Source of the DNA: Vicinamibacterales bacterium
GTDB taxonomy: Bacteria; Acidobacteriota; Vicinamibacteria; Vicinamibacterales; CAVVIG01
Direction of reading: 5' to 3'
Assembly: GCA_025450765.1 (NCBI GenBank)
Contig: JANWLS010000199.1
Location: forward strand, 1-47,909
DNA length: 47,909 nt
Both the position numbers and the translations under genes were made by a program. Position 1 is the first letter of the stretch. Each line of letters opens with the position of its first letter. Under the pieces are notes generated by a model. The model worked only from the letters and a program-made list of their open reading frames with translations, had not been told where the DNA came from and did not search any database. Below, piece by piece: positions 1 to 8,654 of this stretch.

Positions 1-982
1 ACGGCCCGCCGCGCTGGATGTCGAACACCACCGCCGGCACTTCGGCGAAGTACGCCAACCCGAATAACTCCTGCATCAGCGAGATGCCGGGGCCGGACGT
101 CGCGGTGAACGCACGCGAGCCGTTCCACGACGCGCCGATCACCATGCCGATGGCGGCGAGCTCGTCTTCGGCCTGGATGATGATGGCGTTCATCTCGCCG
201 GTTTCCGGGTTCTTCCGGAACTTGCTGCAGAACCCGGTGAAGGCGTCCATCACCGACGTCGACGGCGTAATCGGATACCAGGCGGCCACCGTGGCGCCGG
301 CGTACACGCAGCCGAGACCCGTCGCCGTGTTCCCGTCGATCAGGATCTTGTCGCTGTTCTCGTTCATCTTCTCGAGACGGAACGGAAGCGGATCGAAATT
401 GGCCTTCGCGAAGTCGTATCCGAGCCGGAGCGCCTTGTGGTTCGAGTCGCGCAGCGCCTTCTTGGCGGCGAACTTCTCGTCGAGCAACTCCTCGACGATC
501 GACATGTCGACGTCGAGCACGGCGATGAGCGCGCCGGCGTAGGCGATGTTCTTCATCAGGATCCGCTCGCGCGATTCCTTGAAGTTCGCCACGCACATCT
601 CGGCGAGCGGGATGCCGAGGACCGTCACGTCGCTCCGCACGATCCCCGGATCGAGCGGCCAGCTCGAGTCGAACATCACGAAGCCGCCCTCGCGCACTTC
701 CTTGATATCGCGCTCGTAGGTCGTGCCGTTCATCGCGACCATCAGGTCGTAGTCGAGCGCCCGGGCTGTCTGGCCGTCCTTGTTCACCCGGATCTCGTAC
801 CACGTCGGCAGGCCCTGGATGTTCGACGGAAACAGGTTCTTGCCCGAGACCGGAATGCCCATGCGGAAGATGGCCTGCATGAGCAGGCCGTTCGCGCTGG
901 CCGATCCGGTTCCGTTGACGTTGGCGAGCTTGATGGCGAAATCGTTGACGCGGACGGCGACGTCTACACCGACACCGGACAT
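1..982 (-). CDS. 2-oxoacid:acceptor (ferredoxin) oxidoreductase alpha subunit, 3' end runs off window
   Basis: Not in ORF track; manual translation from ATG 982 (GGGAGG upstream): MSGVGVDVAVRVNDFAIKLANVNGTGSASANGLLMQAIFRMGIPVSGKNLFPSNIQGLPTWYEIRV..., later WYPITPST and IIQAEDELAAIGMVIGASWNGARAFTATSGPGISLM, typical KorA/PorA motifs. Confidence 0.92.
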   Translation of the reverse strand, partial: MSGVGVDVAVRVNDFAIKLANVNGTGSASANGLLMQAIFRMGIPVSGKNLFPSNIQGLPTWYEIRVNKDGQTARALDYDLMVAMNGTTYERDIKEVREGGFVMFDSSWPLDPGIVRSDVTVLGIPLAEMCVANFKESRERILMKNIAYAGALIAVLDVDMSIVEELLDEKFAAKKALRDSNHKALRLGYDFAKANFDPLPFRLEKMNENSDKILIDGNTATGLGCVYAGATVAAWYPITPSTSVMDAFTGFCSKFRKNPETGEMNAIIIQAEDELAAIGMVIGASWNGSRAFTATSGPGISLMQELFGLAYFAEVPAVVFDIQRGGP

Positions 983-2745
983 GCGGCCCTCCCGGCGTAC
1001 GGCGTCTCGAGCTCGAATTTCTGCATATCCCACGCGGCGGTCGGACAGCGTTCCGCGCACAACCCGCAGTGCACGCACACGTCCTCATCCTTGAGCATCA
1101 GTCGTTTGGTTTGCGGAAGCGGGTCGGAGGCATACAGCGCCTGGTCCGGATTGACGGCCGGTGCCGAGAGCCGGAGCCGCACGGCGTGCTCGTCGCCGTC
1201 GGCGGTAATCGTGAGGCACTGCACCGGGCAGATGTCGACGCAGGCGTCGCACTCGATGCACTTGGGCGCCGCGAAGACGGTCTCGATATCGCAGTTGAGG
1301 CAGCGCTGCACTTCGCGCGCCGTCTGCTCGGCCGTGAAGCCGAGCTCCACCTCGATGTTCAGCTTCTCGAAGCGCCGCTTCAGATCGACGTGCGTCATCT
1401 TCTGGCGCGGCGACGGGTTGTAGTCGTTGTGGTAGCTCCACTCCGACAGCCCCATCTTCTGGCTCACCAGATTCATCCCGTACGCCGGACGCTCGGTCAC
1501 CGGGATGGTCTTGCAGTAGTTGTCGATCGAAATGGCCGCCTGATGGCCGTGCTCGACCGCCCAGATGATGTTCTTCGGGCCGAACGCCGAGTCGCCGCCG
1601 AAGAACACCCCGGGCCGCGTCGACATGAAGGTCGTCTTGTCGACGACCGGCGCGCCCCACGTGTCGAACTCGGCGCCGAGCTCCCGCTCGAACCAGGGGA
1701 ACGCGTTCTCCTGGCCGATCGCGAGGATCACATCGTCGGCCGGGATGAAGATCGTCTCGAGGACCTTCGACTTCTTCGCCTCGGCGTCCCACTCGAGCCG
1801 CTCGAACTCCATCCCGGTGAGCGTGCCGTTCTCGACGACGAAGCGCTTGGGGGAGTGGTTGATGACGATCTCGACGCCCTCTTCCTCGGCGTCCTCGAGC
1901 TCCCAGGGCGACGCCTTGAAGAAGGCGCGCGGACGCCGCGCCATCACCTTGATGTCCGTCGCACCGAGCCGGCGTGAGGAGCGGCAGCAATCCATCGCCG
2001 TGTTGCCGACGCCGATGATGAGCACGCGCTTGCCGATCTTGTCGATGTGCCCGAAGGCAATCGATTGCAGCCAGTCGATGCCGATGTGAATCCGATCGGT
2101 GTCGTGACGGCCCGGCAGGTCGAGCTCCTTGCCGCGCGGCGCGCCGCTCCCGATGAAGATCGCGTCGTAGCCCTCCGCGAGCAGCGCCTTCATGCTCGTC
2201 ACCGGCGAGTTGTAGCGGATGTCGACGCCGAAGTCGATGATCGTCTGGCACTCGTCGTCGAGGACCTGCGCCGGCAGGCGGAACGACGGGATGTTCGTCC
2301 GCATCAACCCGCCCGGCTTGTCGAACTGCTCGAGGATCGTCACCTCGTAGCCGAGCGGCATCAGGTCGTTCGCGACCGTGAGCGACGCCGGACCGGCGCC
2401 GACACAGACGACACGCTTGCCGTTCTTGACGCTGGGAATCGCCGGAAGCCGATCCGTGATGTCGTCGTCGCGGTGATCGGCGGCGACGCGCTTCAGGCGG
2501 CAGATGGCGACCGGCTTGCCGTCCACGCGCTCGCGGCGGCAGGCCGGTTCGCACGGACGATCGCAGGTCCGCCCGAGAATCCCCGGGAAGACGTTCGATT
2601 CCCGGTTCACCATGTACGCGTCGGTGAACCGGCCCTGCGCGATCAGCCGGATGTACTCCGGGACGTTCGTGTGCGCCGGGCAGGCATATTGGCAGTCGAC
2701 GACTTTGTGAAAGTAGAGGGGGTCGCTTACATCGGTCCGCTGCAT
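964..2745 (-). CDS. FAD/NAD(P)-dependent oxidoreductase, GltD-like, with C-terminal 2x[4Fe-4S] domain (probable NAD(P) module of the 2-oxoacid oxidoreductase)
   Basis: CQYACP and CDRPCEPAC Fe-S motifs, GAGPA and GVGNTAMD Rossmann motifs, CIECDACVDICP and CVHCGLCAERCP; overlaps start of the alpha subunit gene. Confidence 0.9.
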   Translation of the reverse strand: MQRTDVSDPLYFHKVVDCQYACPAHTNVPEYIRLIAQGRFTDAYMVNRESNVFPGILGRTCDRPCEPACRRERVDGKPVAICRLKRVAADHRDDDITDRLPAIPSVKNGKRVVCVGAGPASLTVANDLMPLGYEVTILEQFDKPGGLMRTNIPSFRLPAQVLDDECQTIIDFGVDIRYNSPVTSMKALLAEGYDAIFIGSGAPRGKELDLPGRHDTDRIHIGIDWLQSIAFGHIDKIGKRVLIIGVGNTAMDCCRSSRRLGATDIKVMARRPRAFFKASPWELEDAEEEGVEIVINHSPKRFVVENGTLTGMEFERLEWDAEAKKSKVLETIFIPADDVILAIGQENAFPWFERELGAEFDTWGAPVVDKTTFMSTRPGVFFGGDSAFGPKNIIWAVEHGHQAAISIDNYCKTIPVTERPAYGMNLVSQKMGLSEWSYHNDYNPSPRQKMTHVDLKRRFEKLNIEVELGFTAEQTAREVQRCLNCDIETVFAAPKCIECDACVDICPVQCLTITADGDEHAVRLRLSAPAVNPDQALYASDPLPQTKRLMLKDEDVCVHCGLCAERCPTAAWDMQKFELETPYAGRAACPVSV

Positions 2746-2832
2746 GAGGGTATCTCTTTCCCCGGGGTGCCTATCAGGCTGATTCTATACCGCTTGCAGC
2801 TCTTCAGTCGATATCCGGCGGGCAGAGACAAT

Positions 2833-3900
2833 TTACGACAATTGCACGATGACGATGTCGACACGGCGGGCCTGGCGCGTGGCGGACTTCCACTGAACGA
2901 GGATCGGGCTCTGGTAGGTGCCGCGCACCAGCCGCGGGGCGGTGCGCCCGGGTTCGGCGGTCGCGAGGAAGCTGACGCGGCGCGAACGGAGGAAGCGGCG
3001 CGCCGGCACCGCCATCACCTTGGCGAAGAGCCGCTCGAGCGACGACTCGTCGAGCCGCAGCGCTTCCATCAGCGAGTTGAGCACGCGCACCACGTCGTAG
3101 CGCGCGTAGCTCAGGGTCTTGCCGGGAATCGCGAGCGGATCGTCGAGCATGTTGCGCCCCTTGAGGCGCGCGAACCGCAGCGGGTTCTTCAGCACGTCGA
3201 CGAGGTCGTGCTGCATCAGCAGCGTCTCGTACTCGTTGACGGTGATGCCGACGTGGTGCTCGCCCGGATCGACGATGAGGTCGACACGTCCGCGCTCGAC
3301 CCCGCTCGATGCGAGCAGGTCGTTGGCGGTCTCGAGCAGCCCGAGCCGCGTATCGGCCAGGTTGACGGCGTCGATCGGATGACGCGACACCGGGATGCTC
3401 ACCGACGTGCGGGCGATCGGCCGCTCGCGATCGTAGGCGATCACGGTCGTCTTCCGCTGGCGCTTGAGCGCCTCGTTCGTGCCGTCCAGGTCGATGAAGA
3501 AGACCGGCGCCGCAGGCCGGGTGCGATACGTCACGCAGTTGCGCAGCCCCGCGCCGATGTACGTCAGGTGCGAGTCGCCGTTGCGCGGCTCGACCTCGCG
3601 CTGCGCCGGCGTGAGCTCCGTCCGCAGGTCCATCTGGTCGTGGCGGTACTCGGCGCCGGGCGGAAAGAGATCGGTGAAGCTCCGGAAGAACTGGCCGAGG
3701 CGGCGATCGTTGTGGTGGAGGCGGGCCGACAGGCTCTGTTCGAGATACCCGGCGGTCGTGTGAAACGAGCAGTACATCGCGAGCTCGTGGCGGCAGAGGA
3801 GATCGCCAGCCTGCTCGGCAATGCGGCGTGTGACGTCAATGGCCTCGAAGCGCCGCTGAGGCGCGAGCGTCAGCGTCAGCTCGGTCGGACTCCCGATCAT
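2833..3900 (-). CDS. Hypothetical protein with two tandem YjbQ/UPF0047-like domains
   Basis: N-half IDVT...HTTAG...FP...YRHD...NGDSHL...FIDLDG...RQRK; C-half SSGVERG...GITVNE...DL...LVRGTYQS...RRVDIV; both resemble the YjbQ pattern. Confidence 0.6.
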   Translation of the reverse strand: MIGSPTELTLTLAPQRRFEAIDVTRRIAEQAGDLLCRHELAMYCSFHTTAGYLEQSLSARLHHNDRRLGQFFRSFTDLFPPGAEYRHDQMDLRTELTPAQREVEPRNGDSHLTYIGAGLRNCVTYRTRPAAPVFFIDLDGTNEALKRQRKTTVIAYDRERPIARTSVSIPVSRHPIDAVNLADTRLGLLETANDLLASSGVERGRVDLIVDPGEHHVGITVNEYETLLMQHDLVDVLKNPLRFARLKGRNMLDDPLAIPGKTLSYARYDVVRVLNSLMEALRLDESSLERLFAKVMAVPARRFLRSRRVSFLATAEPGRTAPRLVRGTYQSPILVQWKSATRQARRVDIVIVQLS

Positions 3901-3990
3901 AGCTCGCGATCATCATACCGCACGAACCTTTGCGGTGCGCGTCCCGTCTAACCACCGACTGTCCACGCGGGCGATCGAGCGGGAGACGAC

Positions 3991-6459
3991 ATGGGGCATG
4001 TGCTTCGAGACCTGCGGTACGCCGTCAGGGGCCTGCGGCGAACGCCCGGGTTCGCGGTCGTCACGATCCTGACTCTGGCGCTCGGCATCGGCGCCAACAC
4101 GGCCATCTTCTCGGTCGTCAACGCCGTGGTGCTGCGGCCGCTGCCGTACCCGCATCCCGGACAGCTGGTTTACATTTCCAGCCAGTTTCCTGCGCTCGGC
4201 TTCGATCAGTTCCCCGTCTCTCCACCGGAATTCTTCGAGTTCGAGGAGCGGACGCGGGCGTTCTCGAGCGTCGGCGCGTTCGTGACGGCCCAGGCGAATC
4301 TCACGGCACCGGACCGGCCTCGCCGGATCAACGTCGCCGCGGTGTCGGCCGACCTGTTCGGTACGCTCGGCGTGCCGCCGCTCGAAGGGCGCGCGTTCGC
4401 GGTGGGCGAGACGCGGCCGGGTGGTCCTCACGTGGCGATCCTTTCGTACCAGCTGTGGCGATCGGCGTTCGGCGGGGAGCCTGGACTGGTCGGCCGGATG
4501 GTCGAGATCGACGGTGTGCGCCGGCAGGTGGTCGGCATCATGCCCTCGGGATTCGATGTCGCCGACCAGCATCTGGACGCGTACCTGCCCCTGGTGCTCG
4601 ATCCCGCCGACAAGCAGAGTCGAGGGAGTCACTACCTCTATTTAATAGGCCGGCTCGCCGACGGCCAGACGCTGACCACCGCCCGGGCCGAGCTCGAGAC
4701 GCTGCTCGCCGGGTGGCAGCGATCGGTCACCGGCCTCGACAACCCGCCGCGTGCCCAACGTGTTCACACGCCGAACACGACGACGCACCGGCTGCGGTTC
4801 GACCCGCTGCAGGCGCAGGTGGTCGGCACGGCGGGCACGGCCGTGTGGGTGCTGCAGGGGGCGGTCCTGTTCGTCCTGCTCATCGCGTGCGCCAATCTCG
4901 CCAATCTCCTGCTCGCCCGCGCGGAAGCGCGACACAAGGACGTGGCGGTCCGCCTGGCGCTCGGCGCGAGCCGCGGACGCCTGCTGATGCAGTCGTTGAC
5001 CGAAGGATGCGTCCTCTCCCTGGCCGGCGGCGCGGCCGGCCTCCTGCTCGCCGCCGGAGGGTTGCAGGCGCTGGCGGCCGCGTATCCCGACAGCCTGCCG
5101 CGCGCGTCCGGCGTCGGCCTGGACTGGCGCGTGCTGATCTTCACGCTTGTGGTCGCGATGGCCTGCGGCGTGGTGTTCGGCCTCGCGCCGCTCCTTCATC
5201 TCACGCCGACGGCGACGTTGGCGACGCTCAAGGAAGGTGGGCAACGCACCACGTCGGGACGCCACCGCCTCCGTCGCGCGCTCGTCGTCGTCGAAGTGGC
5301 CCTGGCGGTGGCACTCGTGTCGGGCGCCGGTCTCCTGCTCCAGACGGTGATGAATCTCACGAACGTGGACGCCGGGTTCAGGCGCGGCCGGCTCGTCACG
5401 TTTCTCGTCGCGCCGCCGCGAGCGCGCTATCAGGACCCGCACCTGGCCTCCGCGCTCTATCAGCGCCTGTTCGATCAGCTGAAGGCGCTCCCTGGCGTGC
5501 AGAACGTAGCGGCGATGAGCGGCCTTCCGCCCGACCGGCCGGTCAACGCCAACGACACCGATATCGAAGGCTACACGGCGCCGCCCGAAGGCCCGTTCGA
5601 GAACATCGACTACTACCAGCTTGCGACGCCCGCGTACGTCGAGACGATGGGAATCCCGGTGATCCAGGGACGTACGTTCGAAAGGACGGATACGACGGGC
5701 GCACTGGTCGCGATGATCAACGAGACCACGGCCCGCACGTTCTATCGCGGGCAGAACCCGATCGGGCGGCGCATCCGTCCCTCCGGCCCGGACGGGACGC
5801 CGTGGTTCACGATCATCGGTGTCCTCAAGGATGTGAAGCAGGGCGGCGTCGACAAGAAGGCCGGGACCGAGGTGTATTTCGACTTCGATCAGCTCACGCG
5901 GATTCCGGGCTTCAACGACTTTGCGATGCACGTGGTGATGCGCACCTCGCTCGCGCCGACGGCGCTCGCGGCCTCCGTGCGCGACGCCGTCCGCTCGGTC
6001 GACCCGACGCTGCCCGTCGTCAAGTTGCAGACGATGGACGAGGTGTTCGACCAGGCGATCGGCCGGCCCCGCCTGCTCGCGGAGCTGCTGATGATCTTCG
6101 CCGGGCTCGCGCTGCTGCTCGCCGCGATCGGCAGCTACGGCGTGCTCGCGTACATGGTGATGGAGCGACGGCGGGAAATCGGCATCCGGCTGGCACTCGG
6201 CGCCGATCGGGCATCCGTGCTGAAGATGGTGCTGTCGCAGGGAATGGCCCTGGCCGCCGCGGGCGTGGTCGCCGGCCTCATTGCCACGCTGGCGATCGGG
6301 CGCACGCTGGCGTCGCTGCTCTTCGGCATCGCGCCGGGCGACCCGGCCACCATCGGCCTCGTGATCGTGTTGATGCTGCTGGTCGCGATGGCGGCGTGTT
6401 ATATGCCGGCCCGCTCGGCGACGCAGGTGGACCCGATGATCATCCTGCGCGACGAGTAG
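3991..6459 (+). CDS. ABC transporter permease, duplicated MacB/FtsX (ADOP-type)
   Basis: DLRYAVRGLRRTPGF...LALGIGANTAIFSVVN, LLIACANLANLLLAR, RRREIGIRLALGA, DPMIILRDE; GGAG RBS. Confidence 0.93.
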   Translation: MGHVLRDLRYAVRGLRRTPGFAVVTILTLALGIGANTAIFSVVNAVVLRPLPYPHPGQLVYISSQFPALGFDQFPVSPPEFFEFEERTRAFSSVGAFVTAQANLTAPDRPRRINVAAVSADLFGTLGVPPLEGRAFAVGETRPGGPHVAILSYQLWRSAFGGEPGLVGRMVEIDGVRRQVVGIMPSGFDVADQHLDAYLPLVLDPADKQSRGSHYLYLIGRLADGQTLTTARAELETLLAGWQRSVTGLDNPPRAQRVHTPNTTTHRLRFDPLQAQVVGTAGTAVWVLQGAVLFVLLIACANLANLLLARAEARHKDVAVRLALGASRGRLLMQSLTEGCVLSLAGGAAGLLLAAGGLQALAAAYPDSLPRASGVGLDWRVLIFTLVVAMACGVVFGLAPLLHLTPTATLATLKEGGQRTTSGRHRLRRALVVVEVALAVALVSGAGLLLQTVMNLTNVDAGFRRGRLVTFLVAPPRARYQDPHLASALYQRLFDQLKALPGVQNVAAMSGLPPDRPVNANDTDIEGYTAPPEGPFENIDYYQLATPAYVETMGIPVIQGRTFERTDTTGALVAMINETTARTFYRGQNPIGRRIRPSGPDGTPWFTIIGVLKDVKQGGVDKKAGTEVYFDFDQLTRIPGFNDFAMHVVMRTSLAPTALAASVRDAVRSVDPTLPVVKLQTMDEVFDQAIGRPRLLAELLMIFAGLALLLAAIGSYGVLAYMVMERRREIGIRLALGADRASVLKMVLSQGMALAAAGVVAGLIATLAIGRTLASLLFGIAPGDPATIGLVIVLMLLVAMAACYMPARSATQVDPMIILRDE

Positions 6460-6463
6460 CGAC

Positions 6464-7048
6464 TCAGTTCGCGCTGGCGCGGTGCACCGACTGCAGAAGG
6501 ACCGGCTGCTGCGCGTAGTTCTCGAGGACGATCAGCTTGTCCTTCGCATCCGCGGTGATCTTCGTCGCGACCGACATCTTGCCTTCGCCGCTGCCGTCCG
6601 GCTTGACGCGCAGCTCGATCACCGTGAACGGATACTGCAGGGACAGCCCCTGGTTGCTCACCTCCCAGTAGCCGATCGGCCGATCGGTGGCGAGGTCGAT
6701 CTGCTCACCGCCGTCACCCGTCGGCTTGCGCGTGGCGTAGTGGAGGTCGTACCCGATGCTGTCGGGGGTGCGGATGTAGCCGACGCGCGGGGTCTTCCTG
6801 AGCGCGTCGAGCAGCTTGTCCGGCCCGTCCTGCATCAGCACGTTGATCAGCCGGTCGCGCGTCGCGGGCGGCGTCCAATGATCGATGTGGATCTGGACGG
6901 TGGTGGTCTTCGGGCCAGGACCGGAACGGTTCATGTTGACGGCCATGGCGGTGAAGGTTTCCGCCGGGCCGCCCTGCGCCAGCGCGAACGGGCACAGGAC
7001 GGCGGCAAAGAGCGCGGCCAGCAGAAGCGGTTTCAAGCGCATCGTCAT
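6464..7048 (-). CDS. Secreted hypothetical protein
   Basis: Signal peptide (RLKPLLLAALFAAVLCPFALA-Q); ATG 7048 overlaps the upstream TGA (TGATG). Confidence 0.75.
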   Translation of the reverse strand: MTMRLKPLLLAALFAAVLCPFALAQGGPAETFTAMAVNMNRSGPGPKTTTVQIHIDHWTPPATRDRLINVLMQDGPDKLLDALRKTPRVGYIRTPDSIGYDLHYATRKPTGDGGEQIDLATDRPIGYWEVSNQGLSLQYPFTVIELRVKPDGSGEGKMSVATKITADAKDKLIVLENYAQQPVLLQSVHRASAN

Positions 7049-7278
7049 CACCCCGCCGTCCGCGTGCCGCCCCAGCGGCGGCGCAGATCCTTGTACACGC
7101 GCCGGGCGATCACTTCGCTCCGGCCCACCGCGGTGCCGATGGTCTCCGCGCTCTTGAGGGCCACTCGGCGAACGGCCTCGCGCGGCTGCATCCGCCGCTC
7201 GAGCGCGTCGAGACGCCTGTCCATCAGCTCACGCGTGTCTCTCGCTTGCTGCCGAAGCTCGTCCGGGCTGACATCCAT
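7048..7278 (-). CDS. Small DUF3618-like protein (76 aa)
   Basis: MDVSPDELRQQARDTRELMDRRLDALERRMQP resembles DUF3618; GAAGGAG RBS; usual neighbour of holin-family membrane protein. Confidence 0.65.
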   Translation of the reverse strand: MDVSPDELRQQARDTRELMDRRLDALERRMQPREAVRRVALKSAETIGTAVGRSEVIARRVYKDLRRRWGGTRTAG

Positions 7279-7658
7279 TGGACGTTCTCCTTCATGCTTT
7301 CGAGGGTTTGTTCGGGCACGACACGGATACGACGGATGAGCGCCCACGCGGGGACGCACAGGAACAACCCGATGAGGACACCGACCCCACCGAGCAGCAG
7401 CACGCCGGCCCACATCGGCCAGCCACCCGCTGACGCGATGGCCAGTCCCGCGGCGACGAAGCACATCACCAGTCCGCCGGCCAGCAGCGCTCCTGCCGCG
7501 CCGGCGACGACGCCGGCCCTGGTGGCCTTGCGGAGCTCGATCGTGATCTCGGCGCGCGCGAGCGCAATCTCCTTGTGCACGAGCTCATTCACATCGTCGA
7601 AGAGGTTGCGGATGAGATCGCGAGTCGAAACGTCTGACATCCGATCCAGATCCAGCAT
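7224..7658 (-). CDS. Phage_holin_3_6-family (holin-X-like) membrane protein, chromosomal type
   Basis: DLIRNLFDDVNELVHKEIALARAE, two hydrophobic helices, PEQTLESMKENVQW; TAAGGAG RBS favours ATG 7658. Confidence 0.8.
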   Translation of the reverse strand: MLDLDRMSDVSTRDLIRNLFDDVNELVHKEIALARAEITIELRKATRAGVVAGAAGALLAGGLVMCFVAAGLAIASAGGWPMWAGVLLLGGVGVLIGLFLCVPAWALIRRIRVVPEQTLESMKENVQWMSARTSFGSKRETRVS

Positions 7659-7706
7659 GATCACTCCTTACCGGCCGAAGCCCTCGGTGGCTTCGCTCCC
7701 ATCATG

Positions 7707-7722
7707 TGCAAGCGTCATACCC
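7707..7722 (-). promoter_or_regulatory. Candidate sigma54 (-24/-12) promoter for holin-like/DUF3618/secreted operon
   Basis: Minus strand GGGTATGACGCTTGCA = GG-N10-GC with TTGCA, about 50 nt upstream of start. Confidence 0.45.
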
Positions 7723-7874
7723 TCGGAGGGGATGGGCGAATGGCGCAGGCCGCGACGCGTTTGACTACAGGAGCCCATCTTTTATTGAGCTTGTGGTGGG
7801 CCCCATCTGTCCCTCGCCCAGGAACGGCTCGGTGGAGAGGCGACTCCGTGCGTGGGCTGGAGTAAGATGGGGTG

Positions 7875-8381
7875 GTGCGGGTGCTGAGCAAGGTCATCTT
7901 CTGGATCGGCGTGGTGATGCTCGTCGGCGCGGCGGCCGCGCCGCCCGCCAGGCCATTCGTCTCACCGCATCCGCAGGTGAATCTCCCGCCGCTTCAGCTC
8001 CCGAAATTTCAGCTCACGCGGAGCCAGGACGAGGTCCGGGCGATCTACAAGTTCGCCGCCGAGCGGCCCGACGTCCTCCATTACATTCCCTGCTTCTGTG
8101 GGTGCGATCGGCTCGGCCACACCTCGAACGAAGACTGCTTCGTGAAGACGCGCGCCGCCAACGGCGACGTGACGGCCTGGAACGATCACGGCATGATGTG
8201 TCCGATGTGCCTGGCGATCGGCGATCGGGCCAAGCAGATGACGGAGGCCGGCATTCCCGTGTCGCGCATCCGCGCGGACATCGACAAGACCTACAACCAC
8301 ACCGGCGTGGAAACCCCCACACCCGAGCCGCCGAAATCCAAGACGACCCAGCCAAAGACGAGACCTGGCGGTTCGTTCTAG
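7875..8381 (+). CDS. PCYCGC motif-containing exported (metal-binding) protein
   Basis: HYIPCFCGCDRLGHTSNEDCF...WNDHGMMCPMC; N-terminal hydrophobic signal; GTG 7875 is 6 nt after TAAGAT (GTG 7872 alternative). Confidence 0.85.
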   Translation: MRVLSKVIFWIGVVMLVGAAAAPPARPFVSPHPQVNLPPLQLPKFQLTRSQDEVRAIYKFAAERPDVLHYIPCFCGCDRLGHTSNEDCFVKTRAANGDVTAWNDHGMMCPMCLAIGDRAKQMTEAGIPVSRIRADIDKTYNHTGVETPTPEPPKSKTTQPKTRPGGSF

Positions 8382-8419
8382 TCGCCTGGCGCTTGGCGAT
8401 CACGCGTTAACTCGACTCA

Positions 8420-8432
8420 TATCAACAGTTTA
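8420..8432 (+). promoter_or_regulatory. IHF-like binding site
   Basis: TATCAACAGTTTA matches WATCAA-N4-TTR in the AT-richer intergenic region upstream of cassette 1. Confidence 0.35.
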
Positions 8433-8568
8433 GCTAGAGCTTGATGGGCATCGAGACGTCCCATCCCGCCCAACGGGTCTGCCTGGTCCGTTACAAAGAC
8501 AGACATCCGTGAACACAAAAGACAAAATAAGACCTGACTTTCCGGTTTCGATGGCCGTATTCTCGTAC

Positions 8569-8585
8569 ATGTCGTATGGCGACAT
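8569..8585. promoter_or_regulatory. Palindromic operator-like site
   Basis: ATGTCG-TATGG-CGACAT, about 70 nt upstream of ATG 8655. Confidence 0.3.
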
Positions 8586-8654
8586 AACGCCCTCGTGGGC
8601 TGCCGCGTTGATTACTGCGGAAACCGCCAACGTTGGTTTTGGGGGCTGCACGGA

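Noticed and set aside
7224-7658. Holin as evidence for a prophage
   Set aside because: No endolysin, integrase or structural genes; this family with DUF3618 is commonly chromosomal
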